Notes: generated by a model not told the origin, from the sequence alone. Positions 18,099-27,147 are shown, counted from the first letter of the stretch. The stretch is DNA of 64,000 bases from Minisyncoccota bacterium (GCA_035714785.1 DASTLQ010000004.1:48248-112247), one strand, 5' to 3'. Numbers and translations are program-made.

Positions 18099-18674
18099 AT
18101 GTTTAAAGCACTTCTTGCCGCAGTTTTACTTTCACTGGTTTCAATTCCAGGATATGTGGAATGGAATGGTCCGGATCCGTATCCGGCAGTGGATTGGTCG
18201 GGTGCAGTGTCTGAATTGCGTCCGCTAGTTTTAGAATTTGAAAAAAAATGGGGCAAGCCTCTTCGCATTCGCCAAGTATATCGACCGGCCGAATACGGTG
18301 CGCATATCCGATCGGTTTGGGAATTGTGGAGATGGATGAATGGGTATTCTTACACTGAAGGATATTTGTGTGAAGATTTTGATGGACACATTGATCCGCA
18401 AAAAATCGGGAAGCTTTCATATTTTGATCGAAAATTTATTGACGGTGAAGCCAAGAAGCATGCATTTTGGAATGGTGGTACTCCGCCTGCCTGCAAGAGC
18501 GATCATGCTCTCGGAATTGCGGTAGACATCACTCCACCAACTGGCTGGGAAGAATACAAAAAATGGGTAGAGGTAGGAGCTTCCGTAGGGCTGTGTCATT
18601 ACATTGCTGGCGACGAGCCCCATTGGGCCATAGCAGAATTTTTACCGGAGGGCACAGACTGCAAGGCGTTGTAG
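18099..18674 (+). CDS. Secreted M15-family (D-Ala-D-Ala/LAS) metallopeptidase
   Basis: YR...SDHALGIAVD...DEPHW; signal peptide. Confidence 0.7.
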   Translation: MFKALLAAVLLSLVSIPGYVEWNGPDPYPAVDWSGAVSELRPLVLEFEKKWGKPLRIRQVYRPAEYGAHIRSVWELWRWMNGYSYTEGYLCEDFDGHIDPQKIGKLSYFDRKFIDGEAKKHAFWNGGTPPACKSDHALGIAVDITPPTGWEEYKKWVEVGASVGLCHYIAGDEPHWAIAEFLPEGTDCKAL

Positions 18675-18774
18675 GTCCTTTAGCGTTGTCAGATTTTAGT
18701 ATTTACAATCGTCATAATACATAGTCTTATAAAGTGCTTATTTTATTAATTATTATTAGTTTATAAAAAGATAA

Positions 18775-21309
18775 ATGAAAAAAATAATACTTGGTTTGTT
18801 TGTGTTTGGTTTGATGTTCTCTTTTGGTTTGAATAACGCGCAAGCGGTCACTTCCACTTCGCTTGATACTCTTTTGAGTAAAAATTATACAGTGGGTTCA
18901 AGAGGTGAAGATGTAAAAACAATTCAGAGCATTCTTATAGAAAAAGGTTTGCTTGCTCCTGGAAATGTCACGGGATATTATGGACCTCTTACTGCTCGCG
19001 CAGTAGCCTCATATAGAAGTCAGAGCGCTTCTACTATGCCAGTAAACGACATAGCTCCTATTCTTCCGACCGCAGCAATAAACCCGTTATCCAAAAGCTG
19101 TCACATTTCCAGTTTTACCGTGAATGGACTTACTTCTGCTACTATTGCAAACAACGTAGGAGCCTCACTTGCTTGGACAACTACAAACTGCTCTTCTCTA
19201 AGTATTTCAAATGTTTCAACTCCAACAAGATTACCACTTTCCGGAAAACTTGAATTGCTTCATCCTCAGACGGGACTTTATACACTAACCGCCAAGGGAT
19301 TAAATAATTCCACAGTTTCTAAGTCAGTATCAGTAATCCTTTCTACTCTTCCAGCAGGATGTACTTCTTCTGTGGGGTACAGTCCTCTCACTGGACTGCC
19401 ATGCTTTGTCGGACCCGTATTGCCAGCAGGATGTACTTCTACTATGGGATATAGTCCTTTGACAGGCTTGCCTTGTAATGGAGGAGTAGTAACCGGAGGA
19501 GGTCCCGTTATTAGTAGTGTCTCCGGTCCTCAATCATTGAATGTCGGTCAGCAAGGAACATGGACAGTCATAGCTTCTGATTCAAGCGGAGGAAATCTCA
19601 GCTACAGCGTAGTATGGGGTGATGAAACTTATAAACCAGCTCCACCACAACCAATGAGTCAGACAGCTACATTTACACATGTATATAGTACAGCTGGAGA
19701 ATATGTCCCTACCTTTACAGTCACCAATCAAAATGGTCAGAGTGCCGAGACGAGCTTGAGTGTGAGAGTAGGTGGAACAATTTCCAATCTTCCATCAGCA
19801 GTTATTAATGCTAACCCTTCTGTTATTCCTAAAGGGAATTCTAGTGTAATTTCTTGGACGTCTAGAAATGCGTCTACTTGCGTAGCAAATGGAGGAATAA
19901 GCGGTTGGCAGGGAACGAAGCCAACTACGGGAATATTTTTAGCTAACCAAATCAATCAGACTACAACATTTCACATTACATGTTCTAACACCAGCGGTCA
20001 GAAGGCATCAGCGTCAGTCAGAGTCATCGTAATTAATCCACCCGTCACCGTCCTTTCTCCAAAAGGAGGGGAAGCGTGGATGAAGGGAACCGCACAGACA
20101 ATAAAATGGCAGGATGATTACAATTACACTACCGACGCGATTAGGTATTATTCAATCAAACTTGTACCAGATTATTATAGCGGATGTGGCGGAAGTTCTC
20201 CGATGGTAGCCTGTCAGGCTGTGAGTTCTTTAATTGAACCATATGTTATATCCGATAACGTGGCATTAAGTTCCAATTCTTTTTCATGGATCGTAGGAAG
20301 AGTATCGAACGATCGTGTCGTGCCTGAAGGTTCATATATGGTTGAAATTTGTGAAAAGTCCACAAATAAATGTGGTTCAAGTAATTCTCATTTCAGGATT
20401 ATCGCCTCTAACGCGTTACCTCCAAATGTAACTATCGTTGCTGGACAGACTACAGTACCCTACAATGGTTCCACAACTATTCGATGGAATTCACAGAATG
20501 CTACAAGCTGTACTATGAATGGTGGTGTCACAGGTTGGACATCTCCAAAGCCAACTTCCGGGGTATTCAACACTGGCCCAATGAGAGCTTCAACTACTTT
20601 CCATATTTCTTGTACTGGAAATGGAATGACTGCTACTGGATCAGTGAGAGTAAATGTAACTAACCCTACTGGAGTTGGCCCTGTCATTAGTGGTGTTTCT
20701 GGTCCTCAATCATTGAATGTCGGTCAGCAAGGAACATGGACAGTCATAGCTTCTGATTCAAGCGGAGGAAATCTCAGCTACAGCGTAGTATGGGGTGATG
20801 AAACTTATAAACCAGCTCCATCACAAACAATGAGTCAGACTGCGACTTTCACTCATGTGTATAGTGTGGCCGGAAACTACAATCCTACCTTCACTGTTAC
20901 CAATCAAAATGGTCAGAGTGCACAGAGTAGCTTGAGCGTGAGGGTATTGGCTCCAGTCCCATCTTCTACTTCAACAATTAATGTTTCAGCAAATGCACTG
21001 AGCGCTTTTAACAACATGGCAACTACTTCTACCATTACTGGTACAGTAGAACCAAATGTCACTTCAACTCAATCTTCTGCAGTATGTAATTTTACTCAAA
21101 CTCTTAGACAGGGGATGAATAATAGCGAAGTAAAGTGTCTTCAACAAATGTTGGGACGAAAAGGCTTCAAAGTGCAAGATGCAGGTTCTGAAACCACATA
21201 TTTCGGAGAAGCCACTCTGTCTGCCCTAAAGGCTTTTCAAACTCAAAAAGGCCTTGTGGCTGATGGAATCTTTGGCGCAAAGAGCCGAGCGGTGTTGATT
21301 GGAAATTAA
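18775..21309 (+). CDS. Large surface protein with N- and C-terminal peptidoglycan-binding domains and duplicated PKD/Ig-like modules
   Basis: GSRGEDVKTIQ..TGYYGPLTARAV and LRQGMNNSEVKCLQ..ADGIFGAKSRA; twice LSYSVVWGDE..TFTHVYS; LPAGCTSxxGYSPLTGLPC x2. Confidence 0.8.
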   Translation: MKKIILGLFVFGLMFSFGLNNAQAVTSTSLDTLLSKNYTVGSRGEDVKTIQSILIEKGLLAPGNVTGYYGPLTARAVASYRSQSASTMPVNDIAPILPTAAINPLSKSCHISSFTVNGLTSATIANNVGASLAWTTTNCSSLSISNVSTPTRLPLSGKLELLHPQTGLYTLTAKGLNNSTVSKSVSVILSTLPAGCTSSVGYSPLTGLPCFVGPVLPAGCTSTMGYSPLTGLPCNGGVVTGGGPVISSVSGPQSLNVGQQGTWTVIASDSSGGNLSYSVVWGDETYKPAPPQPMSQTATFTHVYSTAGEYVPTFTVTNQNGQSAETSLSVRVGGTISNLPSAVINANPSVIPKGNSSVISWTSRNASTCVANGGISGWQGTKPTTGIFLANQINQTTTFHITCSNTSGQKASASVRVIVINPPVTVLSPKGGEAWMKGTAQTIKWQDDYNYTTDAIRYYSIKLVPDYYSGCGGSSPMVACQAVSSLIEPYVISDNVALSSNSFSWIVGRVSNDRVVPEGSYMVEICEKSTNKCGSSNSHFRIIASNALPPNVTIVAGQTTVPYNGSTTIRWNSQNATSCTMNGGVTGWTSPKPTSGVFNTGPMRASTTFHISCTGNGMTATGSVRVNVTNPTGVGPVISGVSGPQSLNVGQQGTWTVIASDSSGGNLSYSVVWGDETYKPAPSQTMSQTATFTHVYSVAGNYNPTFTVTNQNGQSAQSSLSVRVLAPVPSSTSTINVSANALSAFNNMATTSTITGTVEPNVTSTQSSAVCNFTQTLRQGMNNSEVKCLQQMLGRKGFKVQDAGSETTYFGEATLSALKAFQTQKGLVADGIFGAKSRAVLIGN

Positions 21310-21323
21310 GGCTTAAATTAGGC

Positions 21324-21352
21324 TTGACTTTAGTTTTCGCTTAGTATAATAT
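21324..21352 (+). promoter_or_regulatory. Sigma70-type rRNA promoter
   Basis: TTGACT...TATAATAT upstream of the 16S leader; boxA-like gaactttgacaa near 21392. Confidence 0.6.
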
Positions 21353-22394
21353 ACACAAGAACGTCATCCATACGGATAGGCGTTTTTGTTTGAACTTTGA
21401 CAATATGATTGAATAAAATTGAGAACGCCGACATTTCAAGTCGGCAAGCAAGTCTCAAGAAGTTTTGTAAATAAATAATCAGAGCTAGGAACAAGAAATT
21501 AAAACACAAAAACAATACTGTTTTTTGTTTTGTTTCGTTCCACTGTCAATTTTTTAAAATGACAGCCTAACTTTTAGTTAGAGTTTGATCCTAGCTCAGG
21601 ATGAACGCTGGCGGCGTGGCTAAGGCATGCAAGTCGAACGAATCAGTCCCATGAATGGATGAAAGAAGTTTTGAGTAGCAATACAAGAGACAGATGGATT
21701 TCTGGATTGGGTTTGCTGGTTAGTGGCGAACGAGGTAGTAATACATAGGAACTTCCCCCAGAGTCGTGAATAATCCGGAGAAATCCGGACTAATACACGA
21801 TGGTCTCTTCCGCCAATTGGCGGAAGAGTAAAGTTTTAACGCTCTGGGAAAGGCCTGTGCGATATCAGCTAGTTGGTAGGGTAATGGCCTACCAAGGCTA
21901 TGACGTCTAGGGGAGCTGAGAGGCTGACCCCCACCGATGGAACTGAGACACGGTCCATACACCTACGGGTGGCTGCAGTCAAGAACCTTCCACAATGGAC
22001 GAAAGTCTGATGGAGCGACGCCGCGTGATTGATGAAGTCCCTTTGGGACGTAAAGATCTTTTATGAGGGAAGAAGTTTATTGACGGTACCTCATGAATAA
22101 GAGGCTCCTAATCTCGTGCCAGCAGGAGCGGTAATACGAGAGCCTCGAGCGTTATCCGGAATTATTGGGCGTAAAGGGTGCGTAGGTTGTTCTGTTAGTC
22201 TTTCGTTAAATCCTTGGGCTTAACCCAAGAACCGCGGAAGAAACGGCAGGACTTGAAAGTGCGAGAGGCGTACGGAACTCATGGTGTAGGGGTGAAATCC
22301 GTTGATATCATGGGGAACACCGAAGGCGAAAGCAGTACGCTGGCGCATATTTGACACTGAAGCACGAAAGCGTGGGTAGCGAATGGGATTAGAT

Positions 22395-23435
22395 AATCCC
22401 GTCACCGCATTACAATAGTGACGAAGGTGTCTCTTTTTTGTGGCGACACAAGATTGCAATCTAGCTATATCGGTGAAACTCCATACAATATGAAATTTAC
22501 TGATTTCGTATGGACAACCCCGAGGGAAGTTTGATATTTATATCAAACCCCGTAGAGACTATGAATTTGAGAAAAGATAGTAGGAGTTATTAACATTAAT
22601 AAATATGAAAATAACACCTTTGTCAAAAAATGTTCGAGACATCATTCTCGGGTCACTTTTGGGAGATGGCTCTTTGGCCATAAATCCAAAATACAAAAGT
22701 CCTCGATTTTCTTTCAGGCATTCCGTTAAACAAAAGGAATATTTCTTTTGGAAGATGGACATGTTAAAAGAAATTTCAGGTGAATCTTGTTATTGGCTTC
22801 AAGGTAGTGAAAAAAAGCCAGATGGTTGGGGAACGGCCAAATACCGTTTTCAGAGCAGGGCATTGGCTTGTTTGACTGAAATTTATAATCTAACTCATCA
22901 CAGAGTTTCAGGTACTAAAGTTCGGGTAACAAGAAAATGGCTAAATCAATTGTCTCCTTTGTCGCTTGCGATATGGTGGCAAGATGATGGATCCCTTGTA
23001 TCTGATTCCCGCCAGGGAGTGATTTGTACGGATGGTTTTTCCTTTGAAGAAGTGGAAATCATTCATCAATATTTTAGAAAAGTTTGGAATATTGAAACAA
23101 AAATTGGCCGAGTTTCAAATCAAGATAAGTGGAGGATTTGGATTCGATCTTCTGAGGAACTAAAAAAATTCCTCAGGATTATAATTCCGCATGTGTATAC
23201 AAAAAGCATGCTTTATAAAATACTCCTCATCTATAAAGACTCTCAAGTTCAAGAACGCTGGATATCTGAGTTAATTTCTTTAGGAAATTTTTCTGAAAAA
23301 GAAATTAGAGAAGTTCTAGAAAATAGAATTTCAAGAAAGCTCAGATAAAGATATAGTCCGGACTGTATGGCAACATACAGAGGTAAACAGAAATGTTTTA
23401 CCCTTCATAATTTAATTATGAAAGTAACAAAATCA
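22395..23435 (+). mobile_element. Group I intron (IA-like) at about E. coli position 793 of 16S
   Basis: Splits GGATTAGAT|ACCCCAGTAGTCC; P/Q/R/S elements TATATCGGTGAAAC, GACAACCCCGAGGGAAG, GTAGAGACTA, AAGATATAGTCC; P3 atctagc/gctggat. Confidence 0.88.
22605..23348 (+). CDS. Intron-encoded LAGLIDADG homing endonuclease
   Basis: IILGSLLGDGSL and LSLAIWWQDDGS motifs. Confidence 0.92.
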   Translation: MKITPLSKNVRDIILGSLLGDGSLAINPKYKSPRFSFRHSVKQKEYFFWKMDMLKEISGESCYWLQGSEKKPDGWGTAKYRFQSRALACLTEIYNLTHHRVSGTKVRVTRKWLNQLSPLSLAIWWQDDGSLVSDSRQGVICTDGFSFEEVEIIHQYFRKVWNIETKIGRVSNQDKWRIWIRSSEELKKFLRIIIPHVYTKSMLYKILLIYKDSQVQERWISELISLGNFSEKEIREVLENRISRKLR

Positions 23436-23531
23436 ACCCCAGTAGTCCACGCCCTAAACGATCTTCTCTCGGTTTTCGGAGTATCGACCCTCTGAGAGCC
23501 TTAGCTAACGCGTTAAGAGAAGCGCCTGGGA

Positions 23532-23563
<32 letters not shown>

Positions 23564-23977
23564 AGACGGGGACTTGCACAAGCAGTGGATTATGTGGTTT
23601 AATTCGATGGTAAACGAAGAACCTTACCAGGGTTAGAAATCCTATTGAAAGGTCTAGGAAACTAGATCCCTCGCAAGACTGTAGGACAGGTGATGCATGG
23701 CCGTCGTCAGTTCGTGGTTTGAATTGTACCCTTAAGTGGGCTAACGAACGCAACCCTCGTTGTGTGTTACAAGTGTCACACGAGACTGCCCCCACCAAAG
23801 CGCACGAAGCGCGAAAATTTTTTCGCAATAACTTCGCGAATTTTGGTGGGGGAGGAAGGAGAGGATGACGCCAGGTCAGCATGTCCCTTTGATACCCTGG
23901 GCTACACACATAATACAATGGCCGTTACAACGCGCAGCGACGAGGCGACTCTGAGCTAATCGTCTAAAAGTGGCCTA

Positions 23978-24014
<37 letters not shown>

Positions 24015-24368
24015 TGGAATTGCTAGTAATCGCGGGTCAGCTAAACCGCGGTGAATACGTTCTCAAGTCTTGTACTCACCGCCCGTCAATTCAAGGGAGC
24101 CGGGAGTACCCGAAGGCTCTGCGTTCGCAGGGACTACGGTAAGCTCGGTGACAGGGAATAAGTCGTAACAAGGCACGGCTAGCGGAAGCTGGTCGTGGAA
24201 TAATTCAATTTGAAAATCTTCTTTTCTGCTTTATGCGGGAAAGAATTATTGAGTCGATATTGTACAGCTCAATTGACTGTACAATGGACAATGATTTCAG
24301 TCCTAAAAGGAATCTGACATGAGGCAAAGACCCAAGTTAAGGAACGAAACAAAACAAAGGACAGTAAG

Positions 24369-24395
24369 AAAAAGCTCGCTAATGGCGAGCTTTTT
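24369..24395 (+). terminator. Intrinsic terminator ending the 16S transcript
   Basis: aaaaagctcgc-taatg-gcgagcttttt. Confidence 0.85.
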
Positions 24396-24412
24396 CTGTT
24401 ATAATTTTAGAC

Positions 24413-25318
24413 ATGGAAAAGGGTGCGCATCGAAAAATCGGAATCATTCGTGGAGGGAAAAAACATTACAACGCTTCTTTGAAAGAAGGAAGCGATTTAA
24501 TCGCACATGTATTTGAACGACTTTCTCATGCATGGAAGCCGATTGATATTTTTATCGACAAAAATGGAGCATGGCATGCTAGAGGCGTGCCAGCGAGCCC
24601 AGAAAATTTTGCAGAAAAGGCAGATGTGTTTTGGGATACTACTCGAAATCATGAGCACTTATTAATAGGAAATGTACCGGTGGTGAATGCCTCAGGCGGT
24701 ATCGCTTCTTTATCAATCTCTGGGAGAAAAATGTTTGAAGAGAGTATGAAAGAGATAGGAGTGCGAATTCCTCGGCACATTCTAATTCCCGAGTATCAAC
24801 AAGACATAGATGGTCCGCTTGAAAAATTTATTTTAAAAAAATCCTCAGAAATTTTTGAAAAATTCTCTCCACCTTGGCAAGTGAGATTGTATCCAGGAAG
24901 CGCTAAAGAAGGCGCCCGACTAGTAAGGACTTTTCCCGAGCTTTCAAATGCTCTAGCGGACGGGGTGGGTTACGGCCGAAGTATTCTGATTGAAGAATAC
25001 GTTGGAGGAGAAAAAATACAACTTCACTCGGTGGCTGGTTTTCGTGGGCAGGAGACGTATGTTTTTCCTCCTACTGAAGGTCGGAAAGCGGAAAAAGAAA
25101 AAGCAGTAAATCTCGCTAAAAGTTTGCATAAATATGTGCCTGCTCCGCATTACCTTTTTGCTCAGTTTGTTTTTCACCCAAAGAGGGGAGTATATCTCGA
25201 GGAGCTTGAATTCTCACCCGATCTAGACCCACAATCTCATTTTGCAAAAGCCTGCGCTTCCGTAGGTGCCAAGATGCACCACGTCATAGAACACATCCTA
25301 GGAAAGGCCAAGGTGTAA
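24413..25318 (+). CDS. Divergent D-Ala-D-Ala ligase-like ATP-grasp protein
   Basis: IGIIRGG..HYNASLKEG, PIDIFIDKNGAW, ILIEEYVGG; many Ddl catalytic motifs are eroded. Confidence 0.6.
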   Translation: MEKGAHRKIGIIRGGKKHYNASLKEGSDLIAHVFERLSHAWKPIDIFIDKNGAWHARGVPASPENFAEKADVFWDTTRNHEHLLIGNVPVVNASGGIASLSISGRKMFEESMKEIGVRIPRHILIPEYQQDIDGPLEKFILKKSSEIFEKFSPPWQVRLYPGSAKEGARLVRTFPELSNALADGVGYGRSILIEEYVGGEKIQLHSVAGFRGQETYVFPPTEGRKAEKEKAVNLAKSLHKYVPAPHYLFAQFVFHPKRGVYLEELEFSPDLDPQSHFAKACASVGAKMHHVIEHILGKAKV

Positions 25319-25418
25319 GGCCAAGGGGTAAGGGGACCCCTTACCCCACCCCTTACCCCAACATGTAAGGGGTCCCCTTACATGTTATCCACAGGGGGCA
25401 AGGGGTCCCCTTACATGT
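25304..25418. repeat. Palindromic repeat cluster (3 motif-A copies, one DnaA box)
   Basis: gtaaggggaccccttacc...aacatgtaaggggtccccttacatgttatccacagggggcaaggggtccccttacatg. Confidence 0.92.
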
Positions 25419-25530
25419 GTAGTATAATAATTAAAGGTCGCTTTAAAAGGATTTAAAAAACTACAACTATCATGTCCTTCGGAGGCCACTAAGACCAAAG
25501 AGACAGCATTGCTGTCTCTTTGTAGTTTCA

Positions 25531-26712
25531 ATGCAAAAACACACATCATCCAAATCAAATTGTGCTTACTGCGGAGATGCTCCCATAAACCATGCATTTT
25601 CATATACTGGGGGTGTGATTTCAATGTTTGTTGATCCTTTTTTTGGCAAACTTTCCCGTTTGGTGCCTCAGTTTGCTGTAGACGGGGTGGATTATTTTTT
25701 AAAGTTACTTTTCCATATTCTGCGCGCTATGAGAATAATCCGACTTTCCCGGGATTCTGAAAAGGCCACCACTTTGCGATCAAAGGTAATTTGGGCTGAA
25801 GCTCTGAATAGGGGGATACATATGGAGCAGATAGTTGTCTTTGGAAAATATACGGACAACTATCGTGCAAAGGTGCAAGGCAAATATATTTATTTCGATA
25901 GCTTGCCACTGCCTCATCGCCCACTCAATGACAATGAGGAATGGGATGATAAATTTTATATGAAAAAAGTTTTTGCGGGAGAAAATATTCCGATTCCTGC
26001 ATGTCACAGTTTACCTATTTTCAAAAAAGATCGAAGAAAAATTTTTGATAAATTGCAAAAACCAGTAATAGTAAAACCTCGCAAAGGTTCTCGAGGGAGA
26101 CACACTACTACAAATATCGAAGCATGGGACGAATTTGAAAAAGCATATCAACGAGCAAAAGTATTAAGCCCGGAGGTAGTCGGTGAAGAACATTTAAAAG
26201 GATATGTTTGTCGGGCTACTTGCGTAGCAGGTAAGCTTGCTGGTTTTTATAGAGCAGAGCAAGCTAGTATCACGGGAGATGGAAAAAAATCTATCATAGA
26301 ATTAATAGATGAAAAAAATAAAAACAGACCAGAACGCGTGTCAGAAATTAAATTCACAGATGAAATAAATGAAAGCATAAAGAGACTTGGTTTTAAGAAA
26401 GAAGACGTGTTGCCCATGGGAACCAAAGTAGAGCTTTCTCACCGCACAGGCAGGTTGTTTGGCGGAATCACCAAGGAAATGCTAGACGAATTGCATCCGA
26501 GCTTTGTACCAGTACTCGAAAAAGCAGCTCAAGCTACTACCCTTTCGGTGGTTGGCATGGATTGCATTATTCCAAACCCAGAGCATCCGGAGGACTCCCA
26601 ACGCTGGGGAATCATTGAATGTAACACTCTACCTTTTATCGATCTTCACTATTACGCACTAGATGGAAAACCAAAAAATATTGCAGGCATGATTTGGGAT
26701 TTGTGGAAATAA
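25531..26712 (+). CDS. ATP-grasp protein resembling the cyanophycin synthetase / GshF ATP-grasp domain
   Basis: PVIVKPRKGSRGR, ASITGDGKKSIIELI, VVGMDCII, IIECNTLPFIDLH. Confidence 0.75.
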   Translation: MQKHTSSKSNCAYCGDAPINHAFSYTGGVISMFVDPFFGKLSRLVPQFAVDGVDYFLKLLFHILRAMRIIRLSRDSEKATTLRSKVIWAEALNRGIHMEQIVVFGKYTDNYRAKVQGKYIYFDSLPLPHRPLNDNEEWDDKFYMKKVFAGENIPIPACHSLPIFKKDRRKIFDKLQKPVIVKPRKGSRGRHTTTNIEAWDEFEKAYQRAKVLSPEVVGEEHLKGYVCRATCVAGKLAGFYRAEQASITGDGKKSIIELIDEKNKNRPERVSEIKFTDEINESIKRLGFKKEDVLPMGTKVELSHRTGRLFGGITKEMLDELHPSFVPVLEKAAQATTLSVVGMDCIIPNPEHPEDSQRWGIIECNTLPFIDLHYYALDGKPKNIAGMIWDLWK

Positions 26713-26739
26713 GGCTTCAAATATGGTAAAATGAAATAG

Positions 26740-26865
26740 AATTATTTTTATCTGTGACGAGTGATCGCACTCACATAGGCACATATGTTGGAGTTTCGCC
26801 ATCACTCGTCTCAAGTGAAAATAATTTAAAAAAATTCTGTCACCAAAATGGTGGCAGTTTTTTTA
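26740..26865 (+). ncRNA. Candidate structured small RNA (long hairpin plus terminator)
   Basis: TGGTAAAAT extended -10 at 26724-26732; nested stems aattattttta/tgaaaataatt, gacgagtgat/atcactcgtc, actc/gagt, acata/tatgt; terminator ctgtcacc-aaaat-ggtggcag-Tn; no ORF. Confidence 0.5.
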
Positions 26866-27042
26866 TTTTAAAATAAAAAAGTTATCCACAGTTTTGATAT
26901 AAATGTATTGTATTTGATTTCTAGATGCGAGATAATTAAGTTGTTCCTAGCAATAATTGTTTAGAAAAATTTTTTCGTAAGAAAAAATTTTTAGGTCGTG
27001 ATTATTGCAGACTAAATTAAAAATTTAATTCTAAAAAATATT

Positions 27043-27147
27043 ATGGCAGTAAAAAAAGCTAAGAAGGCTGCAAAGAAAGTTGCAAAGAAGCCTGCAAAGA
27101 GAGTAGCAAAGAAGAGCGCAAAGAAGAGCACAAAGAAGCGAGCGTAG
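27043..27147 (+). CDS. 34-aa Lys/Ala-rich histone H1-like basic peptide (absent from the ORF track)
   Basis: MAVKKAKKAAKKVAKKPAKRVAKKSAKKSTKKRA*; AT-rich leader and downstream terminator hairpin (aacttccga...tcggaagtttttt). Confidence 0.8.
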   Translation: MAVKKAKKAAKKVAKKPAKRVAKKSAKKSTKKRA

